Assembly: GCF_036677985.1 (NCBI RefSeq)
Contig: NZ_JAZDST010000012.1
Coordinates: forward strand, 86,971-150,970
DNA length: 64,000 nt
DNA from: Chryseobacterium aquaticum
GTDB taxonomy: Bacteria > Bacteroidota > Bacteroidia > Flavobacteriales > Weeksellaceae
Direction: 5' to 3'
Both the position numbers and the translations under genes were made by a program. Positions 27,035 through 37,217 of this stretch are shown piece by piece. The notes under the pieces are model-generated. The model did no database searches. It was not told the DNA's origin and worked only from the letters and a program-made list of their open reading frames with translations. The stretch's first letter is position 1, and every line of letters begins with the position of its first letter.

Positions 27035-28609
27035 ATGAATCCAGGAACTGTACTTTTACTCTTTGTTTTTGTTTATTTCGTTGGTCTTTTGGTGATCTCA
27101 TATTTCACGAGCCGAAATTCTGACAATCAGTCTTTTTTCATCGGTAACAAAAAAAGTAAATGGTGGCTCGTTGCTTTCGGAATGATCGGAACAAGCTTAA
27201 GCGGAGTCACTTTTATTTCCGTTCCCGGTACAGTCGGGAAAATGACCGGTTCCGAATATATTTTCGGTGGTTTTGAATATTACATGATGGTAATCGGTTT
27301 TTTCATCGGTTATTTTATTGTTGCAGCCATTTTGCTACCTCTCTATTACAAAATGAATCTTACTTCTATTTACACGTATTTAGGAAAAAGATTTAATGTA
27401 GAAGCACATAAAATCGGTTCAGTATTTTTCATTGTTTCAAGAGCAATTGGTGCAACTGCACGACTTTATCTTGTTGTGAACGTTTTACAGATATTTTTAC
27501 TGGAAGGTTTAGGAGTTCCGTTTTGGGTGACTGCGTTAGTGCTTTTACTGATGGTTCTTCTATATACTTTTGAGGGTGGCGTAAAAACCATCGTAATTAC
27601 CGATACATTACAGACTTCTTTTATGATTATCAGTTTAATTGCGTGTATTGTTTATATTTTATCTAATCTAAATCTTTCATTTGATGAAGCTTACACTATT
27701 TTAGGCGAGAAAAATTATACACATTTCATTAATTTTGATCCTAATTCTAAGACATTTTTCTTAAAAACCATTTTAGGCGGAATTTTTATCACCATCGCAA
27801 TGACTGGTCTAGATCAGGAAATGATGCAGAAAAACATCTCTGTAGACAATCTTCAGAACTCTAAGAAAAATATGCTGACTTTTGCAGGAACTCTGCTTTT
27901 TGTCAATCTGGCGTTCCTGTTTTTAGGTGGTTTACTTTATCTTTTCGCTTTGCAAAACGGTGCAGGTTACGCTGAAGTAATCAATATCGTAGACGGAAAA
28001 GAAGTTGTTTCTAATGTTTTCGGATTTAAAGATGCAGCCGGAAATGTAAAAAATATAATGGGAGATGATCTCTTTCCTGCATTATCACTGAACGGATACT
28101 TCCCAATGGCAATTTCAGTTATTTTCATCATCGGTTTGATCTCAGCTTTATTTCCTTCCGCAGATGGTGCTTTAACAGCTGTTACAAGTTCTTATTGTGT
28201 AGATTTATTAAATTTAAATGAAGATAAAACCCGAACTGAAAAGCAAAAAAAACATCTTCGTATGAAGATTCATTTATCTTTTACGGTTATCTTCTTTATT
28301 TTAATTATGGTTTTCAAAGCAATGAATGACAAGTCTATTGTCTATCTGATCATGGAAATTGCTGGTTACACTTACGGACCGCTTTTGGGACTTTTTGCTT
28401 TCGGAATATTTACCAAATTTAAGATTTCAAGAAAATATTCTATTCTTGCGGTGACTCTTTTAGCACCGATCATTACCTACTTAATAAATTTAGCGGTAAC
28501 TACTTACACTGACTACAGAATTGGCGTAGAACTGATTATTTTGAATGGATTATTGACTTTTGCTGGTTTGTGGTTGGTGAAGAATAAGAATTATTTGAAG
28601 TTGGTTTAA
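27035..28609 (+). CDS. Sodium:solute symporter family protein
   Basis: WWLVAFGMIGTSLSGVTFISVPG, TGLDQEMMQK, multiple TM helices. Confidence 0.9.
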   Translation: MNPGTVLLLFVFVYFVGLLVISYFTSRNSDNQSFFIGNKKSKWWLVAFGMIGTSLSGVTFISVPGTVGKMTGSEYIFGGFEYYMMVIGFFIGYFIVAAILLPLYYKMNLTSIYTYLGKRFNVEAHKIGSVFFIVSRAIGATARLYLVVNVLQIFLLEGLGVPFWVTALVLLLMVLLYTFEGGVKTIVITDTLQTSFMIISLIACIVYILSNLNLSFDEAYTILGEKNYTHFINFDPNSKTFFLKTILGGIFITIAMTGLDQEMMQKNISVDNLQNSKKNMLTFAGTLLFVNLAFLFLGGLLYLFALQNGAGYAEVINIVDGKEVVSNVFGFKDAAGNVKNIMGDDLFPALSLNGYFPMAISVIFIIGLISALFPSADGALTAVTSSYCVDLLNLNEDKTRTEKQKKHLRMKIHLSFTVIFFILIMVFKAMNDKSIVYLIMEIAGYTYGPLLGLFAFGIFTKFKISRKYSILAVTLLAPIITYLINLAVTTYTDYRIGVELIILNGLLTFAGLWLVKNKNYLKLV

Positions 28610-28639
28610 ATTTCAATCGTAATTTGCACTATACTTAAT

Positions 28640-28669
28640 TTAGTCAAGATTTAAAACGTTGACAAGGTT
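28640..28669. repeat. Degenerate short palindrome, possibly a dispersed repeat remnant
   Basis: GTCAAGATTTAAAACGTTGAC imperfect inverted repeat; single copy in this window. Confidence 0.3.
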
Positions 28670-28708
28670 CAAAAATGTAAGAGTGCCAAATAACTGATTT
28701 CAAAATTC

Positions 28709-29242
28709 ATGAAAAATATTAATAGCAAACTCTTGAATGCAATATTACCTTTATTCTTTTTTGAATGGTGGTATATTTTAGTTGCATTTGTTTTTGTTAT
28801 ACTTGTTGAATCACTTATTTTTTCAGTTTTTTTTCGCATTAATGTAAAATTAATTTGGCACGAGGTTTTAATAATGAATATTTTTTCAACTCTTGGAGGA
28901 TTTCTTATTCAGGGAGTAATCAGGCTCACTTTAGGATTGGTGCTATTTTCTTACCTTGAAAACTATTCTGATTTTACATTACTCAATATTATTTTTGGAA
29001 ATGTTGAATATCCTGTTAACTCAGAAGTTACCCAAGAAGTTATTTTCGATTTAGTTATAAGCCTCATAATTACGTTAACTATCTCAATTTTTATGGAATA
29101 TTCTTCCATAAGAAAAAATAAAATTTTTGAGTACTTTAAAAAGAAGGAAATAATAAAAGGTGTCGTTATTGCGAATCTTACCTCTTATGTTTTACTCAGT
29201 TTTTGGATTTTTTATAAACTGATTATTTTTAAAATATATTAA
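28709..29242 (+). CDS. Hypothetical integral membrane protein
   Basis: Several hydrophobic segments; very AT-rich. Confidence 0.6.
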   Translation: MKNINSKLLNAILPLFFFEWWYILVAFVFVILVESLIFSVFFRINVKLIWHEVLIMNIFSTLGGFLIQGVIRLTLGLVLFSYLENYSDFTLLNIIFGNVEYPVNSEVTQEVIFDLVISLIITLTISIFMEYSSIRKNKIFEYFKKKEIIKGVVIANLTSYVLLSFWIFYKLIIFKIY

Positions 29243-29325
29243 ATTTTCCAAAAAGAAACTCTCATTTCACCATTTCCGTAAGCCAGTAAAAAATTGTAGA
29301 TTTGCGTGCAAATAAATCCTATATA

Positions 29326-30177
29326 ATGAGTAAAAGTATTGAAGAGCTGAAATCTCTTACTACGCAAATCAGAAGAGACATTTTAAGAATGGTTCATGCT
29401 GTAAATTCCGGACATCCCGGTGGAAGTTTAGGCTGTACAGAGTATTTCACTGCGCTTTATGGCAAAGTAATGAACTATAATCTTCCTTTCACAATGGAAG
29501 GTAAAAATGAAGATCATTTCTATCTTTCAAACGGACATATTTCTCCGGTTTTCTATTCTACTCTGGCAAGATTCGATTTCTTTCCGGTTGCTGAATTGAA
29601 GACTTTCAGAAAACTAGATTCAAGATTACAAGGTCACCCAACTACTCACGAAGGTTTACCGGGAGTAAGAATTGCTTCAGGTTCTTTGGGACAAGGGCTG
29701 TCTGTTGCTCTGGGTGTTGCACAAGGTAAAAAATTAGACGGTGACGATTCTTTAGTATACACTCTTCACGGTGACGGAGAATTGCAGGAAGGTCAGGTTT
29801 GGGAAGCTTTGATGTATGCTGCTGCAAAAAAAGTAGACAACATTATTTCTACTATCGATTACAATGGACGACAAATTGACGGTGATACTGATGATGTTTT
29901 AAGTTTAGGAAATTTACATGCAAAATTAGAAGCTTTCGGATGGATCGTCTTGGAAGAAAAAAACGGAAATGATCTTGAAGCGGTAATTGCAATTCTTGAG
30001 AAAGCAAAAACTGAAACAGGAAAAGGAAAACCTGTAGTAATTATTCTTCATACAGAGATGGGATTCGGTGTAGATTACATGATGGGAACTCATTCTTGGC
30101 ACGGTAAAGCTCCAAACGATGAGCAGTTGGATACGGCATTCAAACAATTATACCTTGAAGCTCCGGCTGATTATTAA
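29326..30177 (+). CDS. Transketolase, N-terminal (TPP-binding) subunit
   Basis: SGHPGGSLG, GSLGQG, GDGELQEG; start re-set to MSKSIEEL. Confidence 0.93.
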   Translation: MSKSIEELKSLTTQIRRDILRMVHAVNSGHPGGSLGCTEYFTALYGKVMNYNLPFTMEGKNEDHFYLSNGHISPVFYSTLARFDFFPVAELKTFRKLDSRLQGHPTTHEGLPGVRIASGSLGQGLSVALGVAQGKKLDGDDSLVYTLHGDGELQEGQVWEALMYAAAKKVDNIISTIDYNGRQIDGDTDDVLSLGNLHAKLEAFGWIVLEEKNGNDLEAVIAILEKAKTETGKGKPVVIILHTEMGFGVDYMMGTHSWHGKAPNDEQLDTAFKQLYLEAPADY

Positions 30178-30230
30178 TTACAACTAATAAGTAATTGATA
30201 ATAAGTAATTTTAATTAATAATTAGAAAAA

Positions 30231-31175
30231 ATGAAATTTACATATACAGAAAAAAAAGATACACGTTCTGGTTTCGGGGCTGGTTTAGCTGAATTAGCAG
30301 ATAAAAACCCAAATGTTGTTGCCCTTTGTGCAGACCTTATCGGTTCTTTGAAAATGGAAAAATTTATCGAAAAAGCTCCTGAAAGATTTTATCAGGTTGG
30401 TATCGCTGAAGCAAACATGATGGGATTGGCTGCAGGATTAAGCATTACTGGAAAGATTCCTTTTACTGGTACTTTTGCTAACTTCTCTACTTCGAGAGTC
30501 TATGACCAGATTCGTCAATCTATCGCATATTCCGGAAAAAATGTGAAAATATGTGCTTCTCACGCAGGTCTTACTCTGGGTGAAGATGGCGCAACACATC
30601 AGGTTTTGGAAGACATTGGAATGATGAAAATGCTTCCGGGAATGACGGTGATTAATCCTTGTGATTACAACCAGACAAAAGCAGCTACAATTGCCATTGC
30701 AGATTTTGAAGGACCTGTATATTTAAGATTCGGAAGACCTACTGTTCCTGTATTTATTCCGGAAGATATGCCTTTTGAAATCGGAAAAGGAATTATGCTT
30801 CAGGAAGGAACTGATGTAACAATTGTTGCAACAGGTCACCTAGTTTGGGAATCTTTGGTTGCAGCAGAAGAGCTTGAAAAAGAAGGGATTTCTTGCGAAG
30901 TGATCAACATCCACACTATTAAGCCTCTTGACGAAGAAATCATCTTAAAGTCTGTTGAAAAGACGGGTAAAATAGTAACAGCAGAAGAGCATAACTATTT
31001 AGGAGGTTTAGGTGAATCGGTTGCCGGAATGTTGGCAAGAAAAAGACCTACAAGACAAGAGTTTGTGGCAGTAAACGATACATTCGGAGAATCTGCAACT
31101 CCTGCCGAATTAATGAAAAAATATAAAATTGACTCCGAAGCTGTAAAAGAAGCAGTGAAGAGAATTTTAGCATAA
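30231..31175 (+). CDS. Transketolase, C-terminal subunit
   Basis: [28 protein letters not shown]. Confidence 0.93.
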   Translation: MKFTYTEKKDTRSGFGAGLAELADKNPNVVALCADLIGSLKMEKFIEKAPERFYQVGIAEANMMGLAAGLSITGKIPFTGTFANFSTSRVYDQIRQSIAYSGKNVKICASHAGLTLGEDGATHQVLEDIGMMKMLPGMTVINPCDYNQTKAATIAIADFEGPVYLRFGRPTVPVFIPEDMPFEIGKGIMLQEGTDVTIVATGHLVWESLVAAEELEKEGISCEVINIHTIKPLDEEIILKSVEKTGKIVTAEEHNYLGGLGESVAGMLARKRPTRQEFVAVNDTFGESATPAELMKKYKIDSEAVKEAVKRILA

Positions 31176-31254
31176 TAAAATTTCTTTTTGAAATTGAGAA
31201 AGCATCCATATTTGGATGCTTTTTTTATGTATCTTATTTATTCGGAGACTAAGC

Positions 31255-31317
31255 TGTCATTTCATAAGAATCTAAGCTATTATTTAAAATCAAAGTTTAG
31301 ATTCCTACGGAATGACA
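31255..31317. repeat. REP-like palindromic element, copy A
   Basis: Degenerate left arm TGTCATTTCATAAGAATCT and intact right arm AGATTCCTACGGAATGACA. Confidence 0.75.
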
Positions 31318-31362
31318 AAAATTGTTTAAAATTATGAAATACTAACAATATTATAATTTAAT

Positions 31363-31752
31363 TTATCTGAAAAACTTCCATTTTGGGATAATCGCCAACA
31401 TTCCGAATCCGGTGAAAAGGAAAAGATTGGTAACATCAGAATACAAAAAGGTAGAAAGATAATAATTGTGCATAAAAAAGTGCAAAACCAACATTAAAGG
31501 GAACAGAACAATGCCTATTTTTCTATAAAAATAAATGAGTACAATTCCTACAATCATTAATATATCTATTGAAAAAATAAGATAGAAATAACCCAAAGGA
31601 ATGTTAAGTGATTCATGTTGCAGATATTCATCAAAATCGAGACCTACTCCCATCATCGTAAACAGCAGCAAGGCAACTAAAGCCAAAATAAAACCGATTC
31701 CTTTTTTAGGATCTTCATCAAAATAACTGTATTCTTTGTATTGCTTTTCCAT
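31363..31752 (-). CDS. Hypothetical membrane protein
   Basis: Four hydrophobic segments; TATTTTTG element 4 nt upstream of the ATG. Confidence 0.7.
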   Translation of the reverse strand: MEKQYKEYSYFDEDPKKGIGFILALVALLLFTMMGVGLDFDEYLQHESLNIPLGYFYLIFSIDILMIVGIVLIYFYRKIGIVLFPLMLVLHFFMHNYYLSTFLYSDVTNLFLFTGFGMLAIIPKWKFFR

Positions 31753-31820
31753 AGTACAAAAATAAAGAACTTATGAATGATTTCATAAGTTCTTTGGTAT
31801 TTATATCGTCTAAAATTTGA

Positions 31821-32291
31821 TTAAATCGAGATCGCGTTGATCAGTCTGTTTTTATCACTTAAGTATTCTTCCATAGAAATCATACTTTCAGTTCTCATTA
31901 CATCCTGAATGTCATCTATCTGATAAATTATTTTCTTTGCGTCTTCAGTATTTTTAGCTTTTACCTTGCAGAAAATGTTATATTTTCCTGAGATAACGCT
32001 AGCTTCTACTACATTTGGAATTGTTCCCAATTCTTTCAAAACCTCCTGAGTGCGGTTTGATTTTGTTAAAAGAATTCCGATAAAAGCTGTGAAATGGTAA
32101 TCTAATTTACCATAATCTAAATTAAGAGATGATCCTAAAATAATACCTGCATCTTCCATTTTCTTCACTCTTACGTGTATTGTACCTGCAGATACATCCA
32201 TCTGCTTAGCAATTTCTGTAAAAGGCATTCTTGTGTTTTCTACTAAGAAATCAAGAATTTTCTTGTCTATTTCGTCCAGTTGATAGTTCAT
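31821..32291 (-). CDS. Lrp/AsnC family transcriptional regulator
   Basis: LDEIDKKIL...TEIAKQMDVSAGTIHVRVKKME HTH; SGKYNIF. Confidence 0.93.
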   Translation of the reverse strand: MNYQLDEIDKKILDFLVENTRMPFTEIAKQMDVSAGTIHVRVKKMEDAGIILGSSLNLDYGKLDYHFTAFIGILLTKSNRTQEVLKELGTIPNVVEASVISGKYNIFCKVKAKNTEDAKKIIYQIDDIQDVMRTESMISMEEYLSDKNRLINAISI

Positions 32292-32425
32292 ATTAGTGAA
32301 ATTATATTTTTCCTAAAAAATCCATAAATTTTTTACAAAATTAAGAAAAATAATTTAACTGAAAAAAATATATCAAAGATTAACAATAATTAACACAGAT
32401 GATAAAAATCATTCAAAGATTCAGA

Positions 32426-35400
32426 TTATTTAACCGTTGATTTTACGGAATCTGTTTTTATTTCATTATTAGGAGTAGGTATTTTTTTATCTTTTTTCTT
32501 CTTTTTAAACAAAGAATTAAAGCTTTTACTCCACACAACACCACCACCATACGCCTGATTTGCAGATCCGTTTGTCCCAACAGTCCCTACTCCCATTCCT
32601 ATATTGCTGGGTTTTGAATATCCTCTCAGGATTAATGTTCCGTCATTCTTTTTAGAGATGTCATACTCTATAGATCCTTCACCAGAGAGATAGTTTGCAT
32701 CTGTTGCATTTGTTTTATTGATAGGAATACCCAAACCTGTCTTCACCGTAACTCTCGGAGAAAGATCAAAACTTACCCCTGCATTAGCACGATCTCCAAA
32801 ATTTGAATTTTGATCCCCTCTTACATAGTTAAGGTCAATTTGAAACTCATTACTCACCGTATTCAGAACAGAGCCCAATTGTTTAAGTAAAATATTATAC
32901 CCTGAAGATTCTGCAACACCTGCAGCATCAAAACTTAGTGTTCCTGCATTTGAAACATTAAAACTATTTAAAAGTAAGATAGAACCAAACTGCAAAACAT
33001 TTTCACCTTCTGTCTGGTTGATTCTGGAAGCCAATGTTTCTTTTACCTGACTTGATACATCGAGCGCAGTAACATTTAATGCAATTTTAGGATCATTTAA
33101 AGTATTCGTAATATTCGCCTGCAAAAGTATACTGATTGGCTGCAGTCTTCCCATATTAAGATATTCTCCGGCATTGGAAACCATTCTTACATAGTTCGCC
33201 GTAATATCCAATGCAGGTTTCATCGCATCACCATCCCATCGAATGCTGCTGTTTTTCTGAATCTGGAATGTTCTGTTCAAAATCGCTTTAGAAACGAAAG
33301 TTCCGCTGTCTACCATGTAAGAACCATTCATCGCAATATTTCCCTGTCTTCCCATTTGAAATTTCAAACCATTTGCCAATCCTTTTACTGTAATATTTCC
33401 TACATCATCACCTACCAAAACATTTACTGTAGTTCCTTTATCAACATCAAGACTGAAATCGATATTCATATTGGCTCCTGATTTTTTCTTGTCTTCTAAA
33501 GTAACAAGACCATTTTTTCCTTCTTTTAAAAACCTCAGCATTTTGAATTCCTCAACATTGGATGTAGAACTTGAGTTGAAAGTAAAGGTACTTCCGTTCA
33601 ATGCTTTCATATTCGGAGTCGATAAATTCAGAGCAGAAACAGGTCCGTCTACGTATAAGTCACCTTGTCCGTAAACTCTTCCCCAGAAAAGATCATAGTC
33701 TTTCTGTGTTGTACTCAGCATCAATAAATTATCGGCTCTCATTACAAGGTTGACTCCCATTGATGATAGGGTTTCAAATTGTATTGCTCCAGAAATTGTT
33801 CCTTTAGAATTTGTTCTTCCGTCGCGTACTCCGATATTGTTTAGAATTGCAAGACCCCTGGAAAGTGGGATCACTGTATCATCGAATGAATAATCAACAC
33901 CTGTAAACAAAAGCTTCAGACCAAACTGTTTTAAGCCGATATCTCCGCTGTAATCAAGATTTTTAAGAGTTCCGTTGATTTTCAGGTCACCTGTAGCTTT
34001 TCCTCGAAGATTTCCAAAAACTGTCTGTACAAACTGTTGGGTAAAAGCTAAATCAAATTCCCGCAATTCGGCAGTAAGATCAATCGTAGGAGAAGGTGTA
34101 TTATTATTTACCGTACCTGTTAAATGCAGATTGTTATTGCCTATGATTCCGGCAGAAGTCACTTTTACATCTACATCATAGACATTTAATGAAAACCCGT
34201 TCACAGCAGAAATCGTAAGGTCACCCATATCATTTCCGTTCATCATGATGTCATCCACCGTCAAATCAACCAATGGTTGCAACGTGCTTTTATCCATCTT
34301 AATTTTCACGCTTCCATTGGCAAGACCTTTAATATCCATTGGATTTCCTCCCGCCTGCATTTCCAGAAGTTTTTCTATGGCAAAATCCTGAACTTCTGCA
34401 TCTACATAAAAATCTTTTGCAGATTTAAATATTGATTCATTGATTAACAACGAGCTTTTATCTGAATAAATTCGGAGATTTTTAACTTCAAAATCCTGTG
34501 TTTTTTTACGGTAACTTATGTAATGATCAGGTTCAGAACTTGTATCAATCGCCCATTTTACATTATTAAAACTAACTTCAGTCGGCTCAAATCTGAAGAT
34601 ATAATCACCTGCTGAATTGGTTGACTGATTGAAATTAACAGCATAATTTTTCAGGTTGTCATCAAGCTCATCTTCCGGACTTCCGTGCTTAAAGCTTGTT
34701 GCAATGCGCAATGTAGAATTGTTCTCATTTTTACCTGTGAGAAGAATATCTTTCAGAATATTTTTATTGTATTCTACTCTTTTTATTTTAGCATACAACT
34801 GCTGGTCAAGATTCGCAGTGTTTATTCTTATCATTACACTGTCAATCAAAGCACTGTCTCGTGTAATATTTTCTCTTTCATTAATTTTATAATCAGGATT
34901 TGCATTTGCCAGAGCCATATCTGCATCAGTAATTTCCTCTTTTTTGGTCATCACATATTTTAAAGATGCCGCATCAAGATTTAAAATTAAATTGTTTGAA
35001 TTCCCGTCATATTCTCCTTCTACTTTTGCACCTTGAGGAAGTTTAAGATCGGGCATAAAGTAACTTACCAAACCTTGCTGAACATCAAAATTCATAGCAA
35101 AATTCTGTCCGCGATACAACTTTCTAGGTGGTGGTCCCACTAAAATTTTACCCAACCCGTTTTCCACCATTCCTGCAAGATCAGCAAGATTGTATTTCCC
35201 TGAAATTTTACCATCTACAGCACCGGGAGCATTTACATCTATCACTCGATTACCTCCTTCCATGAAAGTTTTCACTTTCGCATTCGGAATCTGATATCTT
35301 TGTGTAGCAGTAGCAAAATTGATATTATTGGCTACTACATCAAGATTTAAATCATTCACATTGGTCATCGACATTTTACCATTTACCTGACCGCTCACGA

Positions 35401-37213
35401 TCTGGTTTCCGGATTTGCCGGTAAAGTAATTCATATTAAGATAAGTGACATTCGCATCAATATTTGCAGAAATTCTTTTGGTGCTGAAATCGATTAAACC
35501 TTTTACAGTTGCTTTCGCCTGTTCGTCATTTACGGTGATCAAACCGTTGTATTTTCTATGATCGAGCAAACCATCCAGATTCAGATTGTTGATTTCCTTA
35601 TTCATGATATCAATGCTTGAAATCTGAGATTTTGTTCTGATTTTCATCGTATTGACATCAAAACTTTGTCCGTCAATATTGAATTTTCCCGAAATCAAAC
35701 CAACTGTTTTACTTTTCGTAATCACTGAAGTATTCAAATCTCTTACTTCTGCATATCCTTTATATTTAGGCATTGCAGTGCTGAAATCTGTCAACGAAAA
35801 ATTACTGATTTTCGCTTGCCCGATTCCTGTCATCAGATTTCCGGAAGAAACATAAACTTGTTTTGGAGTCACTTTTGCGTCTCCATTATATTTTAATTTT
35901 CCGAAATCGTCAGCAAAGTTTTTCATTTTGTTTGAAATGAAACTCGGCATCATGGCTTTCAGATCTTTATACGTGAAATCAGCAGAGAGATTATTAGTTT
36001 CAATCAAAAAGTTACCTTTCAGCAGATTGGTAATATTCATTTTCTGAGTGGCAATATTTACCGAAGGATTTCTGATCAGAAAATTATCCAACTTAAATTT
36101 ATTCAGCGGTCCAGTCATTTTTCCGCTAACGTTGAATGGAATATAATTGTCCCAATTGGTTACAAAATATGAGATATCGTAACCGCTCAACTGACTTCCG
36201 AGCTTGAGATTCATGTCCCATTTTACTTTATTGGTAAAATCTGCCCACGAACCTTTATTTAAATTAAATTTTATATCTCCCTGAAGAAGGGAATGATCTG
36301 TATTTAAGGTTAAATCTTTCAGAAAAAGAAAATCTTCCGTCATCGAAAAATCTGTGGAAAAAGTATCTACAAAGTGAGCTTTCCCCCATCTTTTAGTAGT
36401 AAACGTAAAATTATTGATGGTTGCATTGATGTTGACTCCGTTTACTTTTACTCGTGGAGCAATCAAATTGACATTAGTTGCAGTCAGCCATTTACACGGT
36501 TCTCCCGGAGAATTTTGATTGACAATTGAAACCTTTGAATTTAAAATCTCCAATCTTGAATTGAGTTGAAACGGTGGTTTAGTCGGATCTTTTTTCTTCC
36601 CACTGTCAAAAAGCTTTGTAAACCGAATAAAGTTTGAAATACTGTCACCTTTATAAGTAATTACTTTTATATCGGCATCAATCAATCTTAGACCATTGAA
36701 ACTTAATGAATTGTTTTTCCCAACATTGGTAGCCAAAGAAAACCAGTCTGAATTGGCTTTGAATTCTCTTGCTTTAATGAAATCTAAATCTTTATAATCT
36801 TTTATCCGTAAACCTTTGATCGTAACATCACCAAAAAAATCGACTTCTACACTTTCGGTAGACATTTTTGCTTTGAAATCCCGGTTTACAATCTGTAAAG
36901 CCTGATCTGCAGCCCATCTTTTGGTTACAGGAAGATTAATTGCGATAAAAACAAGTATTACAATAGAAAGAAGCGTCCAGAAAAGGATCAGTAAAAGTTT
37001 TGCCCACCAAGAATAACTGGTAACATCTTTTGCAGCCTGTTTTCCAAATTCCTGAGCGGTATCGATAGGATGGTTAATTGCATCAGAAGCAAGTTCAGAA
37101 GCACCTTTCACGGTTTCCTGTACATTATCAACGGTCTTTTGCACCTGATCTCCTAAGTTTTCAGCTACTGATTTTTTATGCTCGTTTTCGTTATTATTCT
37201 CTAACTTTGCCAT
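32426..37213 (-). CDS. tamB: Translocation/assembly module TamB-domain protein
   Basis: N-terminal TM anchor, long beta-rich body, C-terminal WDGDAMKPALDITANY and GGGVVWSKSF; start re-set to MAKLEN at 37213. Confidence 0.85.
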   Translation of the reverse strand: MAKLENNNENEHKKSVAENLGDQVQKTVDNVQETVKGASELASDAINHPIDTAQEFGKQAAKDVTSYSWWAKLLLILFWTLLSIVILVFIAINLPVTKRWAADQALQIVNRDFKAKMSTESVEVDFFGDVTIKGLRIKDYKDLDFIKAREFKANSDWFSLATNVGKNNSLSFNGLRLIDADIKVITYKGDSISNFIRFTKLFDSGKKKDPTKPPFQLNSRLEILNSKVSIVNQNSPGEPCKWLTATNVNLIAPRVKVNGVNINATINNFTFTTKRWGKAHFVDTFSTDFSMTEDFLFLKDLTLNTDHSLLQGDIKFNLNKGSWADFTNKVKWDMNLKLGSQLSGYDISYFVTNWDNYIPFNVSGKMTGPLNKFKLDNFLIRNPSVNIATQKMNITNLLKGNFLIETNNLSADFTYKDLKAMMPSFISNKMKNFADDFGKLKYNGDAKVTPKQVYVSSGNLMTGIGQAKISNFSLTDFSTAMPKYKGYAEVRDLNTSVITKSKTVGLISGKFNIDGQSFDVNTMKIRTKSQISSIDIMNKEINNLNLDGLLDHRKYNGLITVNDEQAKATVKGLIDFSTKRISANIDANVTYLNMNYFTGKSGNQIVSGQVNGKMSMTNVNDLNLDVVANNINFATATQRYQIPNAKVKTFMEGGNRVIDVNAPGAVDGKISGKYNLADLAGMVENGLGKILVGPPPRKLYRGQNFAMNFDVQQGLVSYFMPDLKLPQGAKVEGEYDGNSNNLILNLDAASLKYVMTKKEEITDADMALANANPDYKINERENITRDSALIDSVMIRINTANLDQQLYAKIKRVEYNKNILKDILLTGKNENNSTLRIATSFKHGSPEDELDDNLKNYAVNFNQSTNSAGDYIFRFEPTEVSFNNVKWAIDTSSEPDHYISYRKKTQDFEVKNLRIYSDKSSLLINESIFKSAKDFYVDAEVQDFAIEKLLEMQAGGNPMDIKGLANGSVKIKMDKSTLQPLVDLTVDDIMMNGNDMGDLTISAVNGFSLNVYDVDVKVTSAGIIGNNNLHLTGTVNNNTPSPTIDLTAELREFDLAFTQQFVQTVFGNLRGKATGDLKINGTLKNLDYSGDIGLKQFGLKLLFTGVDYSFDDTVIPLSRGLAILNNIGVRDGRTNSKGTISGAIQFETLSSMGVNLVMRADNLLMLSTTQKDYDLFWGRVYGQGDLYVDGPVSALNLSTPNMKALNGSTFTFNSSSTSNVEEFKMLRFLKEGKNGLVTLEDKKKSGANMNIDFSLDVDKGTTVNVLVGDDVGNITVKGLANGLKFQMGRQGNIAMNGSYMVDSGTFVSKAILNRTFQIQKNSSIRWDGDAMKPALDITANYVRMVSNAGEYLNMGRLQPISILLQANITNTLNDPKIALNVTALDVSSQVKETLASRINQTEGENVLQFGSILLLNSFNVSNAGTLSFDAAGVAESSGYNILLKQLGSVLNTVSNEFQIDLNYVRGDQNSNFGDRANAGVSFDLSPRVTVKTGLGIPINKTNATDANYLSGEGSIEYDISKKNDGTLILRGYSKPSNIGMGVGTVGTNGSANQAYGGGVVWSKSFNSLFKKKKKDKKIPTPNNEIKTDSVKSTVK

Positions 37214-37217
37214 TACT

